DNA of 64,000 nucleotides from Raillietiella orientalis (Eukaryota). Position 1 is the first letter of the stretch. Each line of letters begins with the position of its first letter. Shown here in pieces: positions 41,366 through 51,999 of this stretch. Both the position numbers and the translations under genes were made by a program. The stretch is taken from positions 992,001 through 1,056,000 of the forward strand of contig JAYWIR010000010.1 in assembly GCA_036172245.1 (NCBI GenBank), in the 5' to 3' direction. The notes under the pieces are model-generated. The model saw only the letters and a list, made by a program, of their open reading frames with translations, was not told where the DNA came from and searched no databases.

Positions 41366-41941
41366 AATCCCGAAACATCGAAATCCGGAAAGATCGAAAT
41401 CCCGAATGTCTGAAATCCCGAAAGATCGAAATCCCCTGGATGCCTGAAATCCCGAAAGGTAGAAATCCCGAATTCCTGAAATCCCGAAAGATCGAAATCC
41501 CGAATGCCTCGAAGCCCGAACGATCGAAATCCCGGAAACGTCATCCGTCATTCTTGGAGGGAGTTTCATTTGCTGAGTGTTGGTAGCTACCCGGAGACCA
41601 GAAGAATACACGGCGTGGCGAATTGTCGGAAATGATGCTGGCAACTCCCAGCAGTGGAGGGAAAAAGGAAAGAGAAAAAAATTCGAGATGTGAAAAAGCA
41701 GCAACGGGACAGATGATGATGGGCAGTTGCACGGAGGTGGTCCAAGAGAGCCGCCCGAGTTTTTACATTCTTCGCTGCTTCTCTGCGCACTTTCTCTTTT
41801 TCATTTTTTCCCTTTTTATTTCGGACAGTTTGCCACACCGTTCGTTCCCGTCGTCTTCGTGTCGCTCCCAACAATCAGCAGATGAAACTCCCTCCAAGAA
41901 TGACGGATGACGTTTTCGGGATTTCGATCGTTCGGGTTTTC
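41366..41941. mobile_element. Foldback/MITE-like element with long inverted repeats and a 16-bp subterminal tandem array
   Basis: About 10 units of GAAATCCCGAA(AGATC/TGYCT) at 41366-41535. 41511-41633 is the reverse complement of 41818-41941 with few mismatches in the outer half. Confidence 0.75.
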
Positions 41942-41959
41942 AGACTTCCAGGATAGAGG

Positions 41960-42330
41960 AGTCGGGGGGATTGCGTCTTTCCGCTTCATGATCGGCACCG
42001 GACTGTGGATGAAGCGACCGACCTCTTTGGAACTTCTCCCCAAGAAATCTTCCCTGGTGCCTCCTCGCCGGCAGACGGATCTTCCCTTCCCGAAACGAGA
42101 CGCACCGCAGGACATGGAGTTCACCTGTGTCCAGCCCTGCCTTACCGTTGCGCGTCTGCACTCGAGGGTTCTTCCAGGCGGAGGGTCTGCGGCGCTCCCA
42201 ATTTTCACGGCTTTCCCACTCGTCTCCGGGAGAGAAGGGAAGCGCTTCGGATGGGATCCGAGCTAGCTGCAGACCATCGCTGCGGCGGATGATGCACTTC
42301 GGGGCAGACGGGACTTTGTAGGGCGCGCCG
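41960..42330 (-). pseudogene. Short LINE RT fragment truncating the foldback right arm
   Basis: ATVRQGW (~GVRQG) on the minus strand. Confidence 0.3.
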
Positions 42331-43110
42331 GTCGCTTCTGAGTTCCGTGCGACTGGCGCAGCTGTGCCGCTTCACTGACCGCAGGGCTTCCCGTGACCAG
42401 AGCTCTGGGTTTCCTCTTGAAGAGGTGAGTGAGGTCACGCAAAGGCTGGCTTCCTGGACACTGGACATTGAGCGAGCTCTCTGCATCCAGATCGAGTTGC
42501 TGCCGCGGCTTTTCTATCCAACTCGCCACGCAGATACCACGAGCCTGTTGGTCCTTGAACTTCATCTGCAGAGTCTCCCAGCTTGTTGCTCCATGATTAG
42601 ACCGGCAATCAGCCTTCTCCTGAGCAGGGATCAAACCTTTCTTTGCCTTTTCCAGGATGGAAGGTACTGTGGGAAGGACGAACAGGGTCATTCGGGCGTA
42701 GCAAATCTGAGTCACATATAAGCAGACGCCGTGGGCCATCCACAAAGAAAACTTTCGCTCACGCTCCCTCCGTCTCCTCCAAAGAAACGCAGCTTCAACT
42801 TGCATCCGGACAGGCACTTCCTCTAAACTGGCACCGGCCAGCGGCCCCGCTGCCCGTAGCCTTCATGGAACTTCCCCCCTCCCCCAGAACCTCCCTGGAA
42901 CGTCTCTCCCCAGGGAATCAAGGATGATTCACGCAGTGAATGAGGGCGATGACTGCAATGCGGTTTACCGTCCTCTCTTGGCAAGCCCCTCATCTGATGA
43001 TGCTGAATTGAAAGCAGAGGGAAAAGTATGGGATGACCTTGACTACTGAGGAAGCCGAGGGACGCGCTTTGCAATCTCCTTGATAAGGTGAAGCATCCTC
43101 CCCCCTTCAG

Positions 43111-43811
43111 ATCCTGTGGCAGTGCTACAGGATCTGAAGATCCAGTTCAAGAACGATCACATCATCGACATGGACAGCGAGGCTGCGGAGTGCCAGGGGA
43201 CCAGCGAGGACGAGGGCATCTCGTTCACCGCGAAAACAGGCCCCAGAGGCTACGACAACCAGGTGTTCGACATGAGTTCGGAAGCGGACGCCTCGGGTGA
43301 CCAAGGAAAGAGCGAGGCCGAGGTCCAGCGAGTGCTGCCGTGGCACCGAGACAGCGGCGATCCGTCCGAGTCGATCGTGCGACAGAGGGAGTTCCCCCTG
43401 TGGGTCAAGAGCGACGAGTACGACGCCTTCTATTCCCCTACGACCACCATGCTGAAGAGGGTGGACGAGGAACGCCACCGGCCTTTGGTCATCAACCTCT
43501 TCAAGCACTCCGGGAAAGGCATGAGGAAGGGCAGCCTGCCGGCGATAGAGATCAGCGGCGTCCCTCGACCCCGGACCCGCTGCAGCTCCTTGGATGCGTC
43601 CTGCAAGTGGGTCTTCGATCCCAGCGCCTCCGACGGGGAGGACAGTGTCTTCGCGTGCTCGGAGACAAACTTGGCGGAGTCGCCGCTGGAGTGCGCGACC
43701 ATCCAGGAAGAGGATGAGCCTTCCGGTGACCAGCCGAAGATCCACTCCGGCAGATTCAAGGTGACCAGCATCTCGGACAGTGGGAGCGGAGGTCCCGAAG
43801 GCGGCAAGTGA
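43111..43811 (+). CDS. Nhe2: Terminal coding exon of an arthropod-type Na+/H+ exchanger (SLC9A, Nhe2-like) cytoplasmic tail
   Basis: Acceptor cccccttcag ends at 43110. The exon starts in phase 1, (G)AT-CCT-GTG, and stays open to TGA at 43809-43811 with strongly G/C-ending codons. Peptides DEGISFTAK, VLPWHR, QREFPLWVKSDEYDAFYSPTTTML, VINLFK, RKGSL and TIQEE occur in the same order as motifs I recall from insect Nhe2 tails (DDGLTFTAK, LPWKR, QNEFPAWASNKEYLAYNSPSATFL). Recognised from memory, not searched. Confidence 0.75.
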
Positions 43812-44234
43812 ACGTACCCCGCCCGCCCCCTATGCACACGATCCATCTCTTCTACCTGCCGCCGTCCTTCGTCTCGCCATCCTCCTCCTCCTGGATAGTT
43901 CCTGAGGAATGCCTGCGCGGCCTCGCCGCCGTCTTTTCCCGAGTATGCTGACGCAGACTGGAGAGTTTTACTTTCGAGAAGAGCGCCTCTACGGAGCAAG
44001 GGTGGCAGTGCTACGGTCACAGCAATGACCACGCTGTCCTGAATTTCCAAACAGCAATAAGGGTGGAAAGCGTGGGCCTCGGATGGCCACATGACAACTC
44101 CGGATCTAGCAGCAGCACGACTCCAGCGGGTTACCATGGGATACCGAGGCGTCTACAATTGATCCATCCCAGGGGAACAAACGCTGACGGCGTCCCATTC
44201 CGTCTGGGAACGGCCTCGAGACTCGGGAAGTGGG

Positions 44235-45020
44235 TTGGCCACCCGGTTGCGCTGGGACCTTTATTTCGTATAAAAAAATAAACAATCATACTCTCTGTGG
44301 TTGGACCGGTGGTTCAACCACTTCATTTCAACAGGAACCTGGTGGGCTGCCGGCACGCAGACTGATGGGGTTCTCCTAGCCAGCAGAAGGGAGGGGGAAA
44401 ACAAAAATAAAAATAACTGAATTGGGGAGGGGGTGAGGGAAAGATTCTGCTGGAGGTGGTCCTCTGCATCCTTTCGAGGATGCTGGCAAGTTCAATCCGC
44501 GTACTTTTCGGGTGGGGCCATCTTGCTGTCGTCCTCATGAAGCAGGAGGCAAAGTGAGTTGGCACCCCTGTCGCTCGGTCCTCCTCCAGCGTCGCTCCAG
44601 GCAGCCACAATCCCGCGTAGGCAGCAGAGAGCTGCTGGCGAGGCTGCGCCCGAAGAGGGGTCTTGAGGCGCCCCTGGAGTTGCCGCCAGGGGTTCCTAGG
44701 GTCGCGGAAAAACGTGTCCAGAGGGATCGCAGGGCAACCACAAGCAGATGCAGGAGGTATTCGCGCTCCCCTCATCTGCCATAGTTTGGGTCCACACACA
44801 CCCGTGTCTAGTGATGCCGGCGGGCGTTGCACGGGAGACCGCGGTGCAGAGGCATCAGTGCCGACTCTCGCCACTTCAAAAGGAAGGAAGGTGTGTCTAA
44901 AAGCACTGGGGGCCACTGTAGATTTCCCAGGGGGGTATCCAGCTACTCGGCCCAGTGCAAAAGTCCCCGAGGTGGGGTCCTAGGGATCGCAGCGCTGTAA
45001 GCTGGCCTGTCGTTCGCTGC
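44235..45020 (-). mobile_element. Family B LINE 3' end (young subfamily)
   Basis: Near-identical by eye to 59160-59920 over several hundred bp; the ORF track shows nearly identical translations at 44512 and 59438. Confidence 0.8.
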
Positions 45021-46880
45021 GCCTGGTCATATGTGGGACGGCGCTCACATCGGTTGTGGCCTGCTCCTGTGAGTGCTCAGCATCTTCTTCGGAAGTCGTA
45101 CCACAGAACAGGCGAAGCACACAAAGGTAGCGCCTTCTGCACCGCGGTTGTCCACTTCTCTTCGGAAGATATGTCCCCACGACCCTGAGGGCAGTCTTTG
45201 TCGAAACCCCGCGATACCGTCGACACTCAAGTTCTGCGAGGGTAGGGAGACTCGGGAAACTCAGGAGGAGCGCATCGCAAAGTAGATGATGAGTTTGAGA
45301 AGACGTGGCACCCCAGGGATGCCCACTGGAAGAACCAGGTTGGGCCGCCGACCATGATGAACTGAAGGGCAAGCTGAGGGAGGCAGACGGGGAAGAATTC
45401 GGCTGTGGAAATTCCTCCTTCCCTTTGCGTGCACCCCGCTCAAGAAGGGACGGAGGACTGCGAAAGTATCCCACATCCTACTTGTTCCTGGTAACCCTTC
45501 TGATGAGTTTCTTAGGAAGCTCATTAAGTAGATCCGGCGCTCCATTTTGGGCCAGCTTAATCGCTTTTCTTCAGCTGCCTATGTTGGTTTTACTTGTAGG
45601 CACAGAGATAGGCAAGAAAGAACCATCTGATGCATGGCGCGCTCCTTGGAAAGTCCCTTCATATTCCTAGATTTCGAACACGCAGCCAGAGGTCGGGCAG
45701 ACCTCTCGAGAGCTCTGTCTTCGATTTTTCCGGCAGTCGAGTGACTCAGCGACGCTGTCTGCCTTCTCTTCCCCAAACCTCCCGCACAGTGTCTCCCGCA
45801 TTTCTTTCCACATCTTCCTGACGTCCCAAAGACCCTCATCATGTCTTCCATGCTTTGCAGAAGCTCGTCGATGAGAAATGACCCCGGAGGTCGTCTCGCA
45901 ACTCCCCCCTCCAACCGCCAGGCAATCCGTCGACGGTCTGTGAAGGTCGTCGTGCGGCCGCCTTCCCCACTTTGGTCGCGGGCGCCTCCTCCCTCGACCG
46001 TCTTTTCTCTTCCTATGCTGGAACGACTCTCTGACCGGATCCAGTCATCCGGTAGCCTACCGACTAAACTCCGGCCTGCAAGGTGTTCAGCACGCTGGTT
46101 GCAGCGCCCACTCCTTATGGTGAGCTTCGGTCGCAGAAGTTCAGCTGACCATCTTCAGGAAGAGTCTTGAGATTTCTGCGATGACTGGTTGGGGCGGCGA
46201 CTGAGCCCCTGGAGCCGCTTTTCTCCCCCTGACCGAATGGGCGGCGGTTATCCGAAAGATTGGAAGGAATATGGACAGCGGCGGGGCGAGTCGGAGTCCA
46301 TCCCATTCTAAGGACGCTCGCCCACTCCCAGACGTGCTGAGCGACGCGACCTACTACGTTTGGCATCGACTTCAGTGGGCCTTCTATCCCTGCAGGGGAG
46401 CTTCCCCCACAGGTAAAAACAAGGACCAGCCTCCAGAGAACATTCCAGAAGACTAGGGTCACCCGCAGAAATGGAGACGGGGCCTCCCGGCAGCATCGCT
46501 GGGGATGGACCGGTCTCCGCCGGGAGAATTGCGTCCACCAATGTTTCCCAGCAGACCGCTGGATCCGCCGAACCGGTCCATCGCCGGGAGAAGCTGCGCA
46601 TCCTAACTAGCCTGCCGGGAGCGATGTGTTGCCCCTTTGGTGACGTCTGCGGACTTGGCGGTCGTTCGGGCGGACGGGCCGGCGACTTGAGGCCCGTCGG
46701 GGAAGCACAGCACCATCGGCGTCTCATGTCCGCTGTGGAGTCTGAACGCGGCTCTAGGTTCGCCGACCTCTTCTCTCCCAGGAGGTCCTCGGAGCGCCCC
46801 TCGTGGTGCGCCTCCGGAAGCTCGCAATGTCGGCTGCAGCGGCCGCCTCTCTCTGTCCGGTGAAACGCTGTGCGGATCGC
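45020..46880 (-). pseudogene. Decayed L1/Tx1 ORF2 (EN-linker-RT start), possibly the same element as the adjacent family B end
   Basis: FWNVLWRL, EGLPG and PRLLKLIIY motifs. 45960-46050 is homologous to 48835-48925 (both give LPMLERL on the + strand). Confidence 0.4.
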
Positions 46881-46889
46881 GGTCGGCTT

Positions 46890-47270
46890 CTTCGGGCGCG
46901 CCGTGGGTCTCGAGTGCCCACCCCAGGATGGAGCTGGCTGGCCCAGAGGGCTTCGGATGAGGCAGTGGTGAGAGCAGCCGGAAACCCCCAGATACCCCCC
47001 ATAACTGGCCGCCAGGATTTGGAGTTCACCCTCCGGGTTCCTTTCAGGAATCAAGGAATCCAGTTGGGCAAATGGCGCCGTTTCCCCTTCCCCCTTTCCC
47101 TTGGGGAACTCTTTATCGCGTTCCATGGAGTTAAGTGGTACCCCTCTCCCTGAGGAGTTGCCTTTCCAGAGTGTCCAAGGAGCGCTCCGCTCTTTCCGAG
47201 TTCCCTTTCAGGAGAAGGACACAAAGGGCGGGCTCCTTTCTGAGGGTCCCTCCGGGAAGAATAATCGGGC
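46890..47270 (+). mobile_element. Family A SINE internal fragment
   Basis: gggcgcgccgtgggtctcgagt..gctggctggcccagagggcttcgg and ctccgggttcctttcaggaatcaagga match family A. Confidence 0.6.
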
Positions 47271-47451
47271 GGGCGGGGAAAATCGCCCGGCGGCGGAGAA
47301 CGAAGTGGACCTGGTTTCGTCCCAACCTGATTGACCTTGGATCCACGGGCACCTCCCTGTTTTTGTTCGTTTGCCCCCTCGTTCCTATTCGCCTGCGGCT
47401 CGGTGGACCTGCCGACATTGATTGTCGCCCCGTCCCGGCCCCGCGTTATCT

Positions 47452-47765
47452 GCTCGCGTAGGCGGCCGTGCGGCTGAGGCTGCGGCTGTCCCCATGCACG
47501 GCACCGAGCGTCGCGGGTTCGAATCCCGCAGGGGGGAGGGATGACTCCAAGAATGGGGTGCGCATCGCGGATTTCGAGTCTTCTCCTTCTATCCCGCGAG
47601 AGGACTCTGCTTTGCCTATTCGAATGCAGAGGCAGTGGTGGAAGACAGATGCCCCCGTTTGACCGGCCGGGATTGGAAGTAGACACTCCGGGGTATTTCC
47701 AGGAATCGAGGAGTCGGTTCCTTCGCTTTGGGGTTGGCCTCCGGCCGTGAAGATGAGGCTGTACC
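47452..47765 (+). mobile_element. Family A SINE 5' half
   Basis: ggcggccgtgcggctgaggc head; GGTTCGAATCC at 47516-47526; ctccggggtatttccaggaatcgaggag. Confidence 0.7.
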
Positions 47766-48599
47766 TGGTTGGCATCCCCTCTCGGCAGTGCCCCTCTAGG
47801 ATGTAAGAAGTGCGGCGCTAGTTCTTTCCATTTCCTTCCTCTTCTCTCCCGTGCCCTTAGCAGAATCGTGATCCTGGAACGCGCCCCGAAGCATCCGGTG
47901 AGTACGGACGAGGGCATTGCATCCCTTCCGCTGGTCACAGCGGAACAAAAGTAGTCCCGAGGAATCCATCTACAAAACCTTTTTTTTTTTTTAGAAGGGG
48001 GGAAACGGAGATGATCGCCGCGATTTATAGTGCCTCGTTTCGCGCTTTCCTCCATCCGGGCACGGCCCTTCGGGGCAAAGAGGAGGGCGCGATGAGCATC
48101 CGAGAATTCACCGACACCTCTCCCAGAACAAGTCGGCATCCATCATGGTGGCTAACCGATAAGACAATGCGCGCCGAGCGGGCCTCCGTAGAGGAAGGCG
48201 GCCCGTCTGCGCGCCGCCCTCCGCTTTCCGAACCGCCGGGAGGATTTTATGGGGGACAGGAAGAACTCCGGTAGCTCCGACGGGCCGCGGCGAAGATCCA
48301 TCGGTAATTACGCGAGCGTTTCTCATCTCCGATCTCGAGGAATCCGGCAGCAGCGTCCTCGGGCATCGGTCTTTCGATCCGTGGACCTTTTTGCTTCCTT
48401 CCTTTCTTTTTCTTTTTCGTGCTTTCGGGAGAAGATGGGGGAAGCGAGGGAAACGAGCGCGGAGAGCTGGCTGCTGTGATGTCAGCAGGGATCAGCAGCC
48501 AGCTCTTCGCTCAGCAGGGATGCCACTCGATGATTGCGGTTCAGGCTGGCTACCACCAGCGGGAAGGGGAGAATTTCCCTCGCCGCCACCGTTGTTGAG

Positions 48600-49060
48600 C
48601 ACACGCGTGGACACACTCGAAACCGAGAAGCCGCGGGAGGATTTTCCCGCTGGAAGATTGTGCGACCCACGGGACCCGGGAACCGATCCTCACCTTCGTC
48701 ACCGAGGCTGCGTCGCCGAGGAGCGGCAGCTCCACCGCGTTTGGGGCCCCGTGCCAACCTTTGCGAGCTCTTCTCCTTCTGCCGCTCCGTGGAGAGAGAG
48801 TGCAGGATGAGCGAAGGTGGCACGGGGGCGCGCTCCCCCTCCCCCACTTCTTTGGTCGCGAGAGCCTCCCTCCCTCTTGCCTCCTCCTTCCTTCCCATGC
48901 TGGAACGGCTCGCCGACCGGCATCCTTGCCCTCGCTGCCCGTCATGCGGCAGCCGCTCGGCTCCTCCTGCGCCATCTTCAGCGCGCTCGCCGCATCTTTG
49001 CAGCACCATCCCTCCTCCATGGTGAATTTCGAAGAAGGATGCTGGCGGGGACGTTCAAAA
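48600..49060 (-). pseudogene. L1/Tx1 ORF2 linker fragment
   Basis: EEARGREALATKEVGEGERAP..ERQKEK (~GA.iRsr...eeGEr..F..ek.rq). Confidence 0.4.
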
Positions 49061-49090
49061 AGGCACGCTCTGGGGCGAGCGGCGAGCGCA

Positions 49091-51385
49091 GTGACGTAAA
49101 CGCGCGCGGGCGGCGGCATGGCGGCCAACAACGCGATCTGGAAGTGTGCGGCCGCGCCCGGAGAAACGGCGGGGACGAAGCTGGAGGAAGTGGCGGACCC
49201 GTCTCGCCCTGCAGCGTCACTCGGGGGGGAGAAGGGCGGCGGCCCTGGATCCCGGGCAGCGCTCGCCGGGAGAGGGCGAGTCGCGGTGGACTCGCCCGGA
49301 GGGCAGTGGACTGCCGTGAGGCTCGCCGGCGAGCGCTCGAGGGCGCTTTCGGGGTCTGGCGGAACCTCCTGAAGTGCACGGGCGGAGCGGAGCGTCGTCC
49401 GCAGCTGCGGCGGTTCCGGGCACTGCGCCGCTTCCGCGGGACGCGGGAGGTTTGCCGCGGCACCCGGCCGACAGACACGGCATCCTGAGGCTTCTCCCTC
49501 AGGGCGCTCTCCTTCGAGAGCAGCCCCGCCTCGGGTAAAAACTGAAGGCTTCCCTCTTCCCTGTGGTGCTCCCCTGGACTCTCTGTTCCTCGGCGCTGGA
49601 TGAATTCTCGTGAGCACTCGCGTGCTGATGGAGCCTCCAGAAGACTTTGCTTCTCCGAACGGCGGAGAGGCTTGCCAGGGATGGCAGGTGGAGGCTCCCT
49701 GGAGGAAGCTATCACTTCCTATCCGGACGTCCCTTGGCTCGTCTGCCCGGCCAGCGGCGGCGACACGATCTCTTTCGCCTCTGTTTCGTCGCTCGCCGCT
49801 GAGAGGCTGCGGAGCGGCTTGACGGCAGCTTCTGCTTCTCCGAGGAGATACGTATTTGGTCCAGGGCTGCAATCCTTGCCCTTCCCGTATAAGGTAAGTC
49901 GCCTCGATTCTCGGGTGGGTAGGGGGCGGGCAGCAACGCACATGGCTCGCGAGCTTCCGCCTATATACGTTACGGGAGCACTTGATGACCCCCGTATCTA
50001 TGCCAGCAGGGGAAGCAGGGCCATGCCCCGGAGAGACCCTGCACGCCCTCAGGGAAGGCAAAAAGATCTTGCACGAGCGCAGAATCTCCTGGGAATGCCT
50101 CTGGTTATCTAAAGCACCAAAATCCTACCAGCGAGATGTGACCACTCCTTGGCCATGTGTCTGGGTGAAACACCACCAAACGCATCGGACCGGAAACCCA
50201 GTAAAGGAGCTCTCCGTCGACACCTGGCAGTGGAAGGTCAGCCGGTTCCTCCAGGCAGTGCATGGCGGGCTGGCTGCTGTGCCAGCATCGACGGCGCGCA
50301 ACCGGCCTCTGGGCTCCCTTCGCAACCACGCAATGCGTTGACAAAGGGCGTCCATGCAGGACGTGCCCTCCCCAAAGCAAAGTGCGCCCTCTGCGGCCAA
50401 CCGGGTTACGTCAACGTGGTACGCGTTTCGCAAGCCGCGCTGAACTGCAGGGAGCGGAGGCAGTTCCTGTCCCTTCTCCCAGATCTGCGGGCCGATTAGC
50501 AAAGTGGACGGTTGACCAGGGAGCAAGAAGCAGTAGAGCCCCCCAGCGCTAGAGCGGCCGCGGGCTTCACTGAAGCCAAGAAGAAGGAAAAGAAGAGGAA
50601 GGCCGCAGGACGGAACAGGGTTACCGGTTGCTCCACGCCCTGAGCGGCGCCAGCTGCAGGTGGGACAGCGGCTGGAGACTTGGAAGGGAGCTCCTCCTAT
50701 CAGGTTTGACGGTGGGCGCTCGCCGATTGTCCTCCCCGCAGCCACGGTTCCTTCGCCCTCGCGGCTTGCGAAACGCGTACCACGTTGACGTAACCCAGTT
50801 GGTCGCAGAGGCCGCACTTTGCTTTGGGGAGGGCACGTCCTGCATGGACGCCCTTTGTCAACGCATTGCGTGGTTGCGAAGGGAGCCCAGAGGCCGGTCG
50901 CGCGCCGTCGATGCTGGCACAGCAGCCAGCCCGCCATGCACTGCCTGGAGGAACCGGCTGACCTTCCACTGCCAGGTTTCGATGAAATTCCGAATGAAAG
51001 ACGTCCTGAAGGAGGCGAAGGTTAAAATCGTGGGCTTGGGAAAAGACACGGAGCTCTCTGCTAGGCGAACCAAGCGTGCCGGCCCAGAATCACATTCAAC
51101 AGAAGAAACCCCAGCCGAAGACACCACGGACTACGTGGAGACCAAGAACGAAATGGGGAAAGTCGCTTCTGCTGCGAGGAGGTCCATGGAGTTTCCTAAG
51201 CGGAAGAAGACAAGATCATAGGGGATGAAAAAAGTAATTCCCCATAGCTTCTTTAGGAGTACCAAGATCGCCTCCCGGAGCGTGAATGGCAGGTGGAACC
51301 AGGAGAAGAGAACAAGAATCACACGCACCGTGGACCTTGAGGACATGATGAGTCTGCAAGAGACCCGCAAAGCGAGTCACCGTTG
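49091..51385 (+). mobile_element. 5' portion of a Tx1-like LINE: decayed ORF1 with zinc knuckles and start of the ORF2 endonuclease
   Basis: ATG MAANN at 49118; QCVDKGRPCRTCP / KCALCGQPGY (tandem CCHC relics); TKIASRSVNGRWNQEKR..DMMSLQETR at ~51260-51368 (APE N-terminus NVNG..LQET). Confidence 0.65.
50217..50982. repeat. 223-bp inverted duplication with a 320-bp spacer
   Basis: 50217-50439 is the reverse complement of 50760-50982 with about 5 mismatches by eye. Confidence 0.95.
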
Positions 51386-51569
51386 TACTGTTAAATGTTA
51401 TACTACTGTAAATTAATGCTGTTAAATGAATTCACTCCACCGCGAGTCGGGCTGGGGAAAACTGTGGGTCTGTCGGCATGGTCTTTAGCACCCGGCGCCA
51501 ATGAACTAGCTTTTGAGCGGCCGCCGCTCGTACGGCGCGTGGAGGAACCACCTCAGTCCCGCGTTCTTG

Positions 51570-51815
51570 CCCGGAAGGACTCCGGAGGGTCTACTCCCAA
51601 TCCCGACCAGTCAACGGGGTCATCCATGGGCTTCCACTAGTGCCGACGCATCCCTTGAATAAGCCAACCATCGCCATACTGCTGGAAGGAGGAAAGGGGG
51701 GACTCGACGACACCTCTTGTTCTCGGCGTCGATCCCCGAGTAGGATTCGAACCCACGACACTCGGCTCAGAGCGCGCGCGGAGGCCGCAGGCGCAGGACC
51801 GCCAACGCGGGCCGC
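51570..51815 (-). mobile_element. Family A SINE 5' fragment
   Basis: Reverse B-box ggattcgaacc at 51743-51753; on the minus strand the head reads ggcccgcgttggcgg. Confidence 0.65.
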
Positions 51816-51999
51816 GTAGCATCCACTTTGCGCTGGCTCTGGAGGTCATCCTGGAGTCACTGCCTACCTCCTGCCAGTGCACGACGGCGCGACGGCATTC
51901 GCTGACGACCTACTTCTTCTGCCGTTCCGGTCCGCTTCTGCGGACAGGCTTGGGGTGCCCGCGGGGGATCGAGGAAGCTTGTGACTGCAAACTCTCCCA

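Noticed and set aside
41366..41535. Short repeated units as a CRISPR array
   Set aside because: Contiguous 16-bp tandem units with no unique spacers, no cas genes, and a eukaryotic context.
42400..42700. Possible BEL/Pao (DUF5641-like) fragment on the minus strand
   Set aside because: Resemblance is too weak; no LTRs or integrase motifs found.
43125..43745. Antisense ORF over the Nhe2-like exon
   Set aside because: Shadow ORF expected from high GC3 codon usage.
47452..47535. Functional tRNA genes at the GGTTCGAATCC sites
   Set aside because: Acceptor and anticodon stems do not pair consistently, and each head continues into the same repeat body, so these are SINE heads.
48550..50061. 503-aa minus-strand ORF and other long Arg/Pro/Ser/Gly-rich ORFs (e.g. 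8101-9297, 47051-48139)
   Set aside because: Low-complexity translations typical of GC-rich non-coding DNA; they cross repeat boundaries and show no domain motifs.
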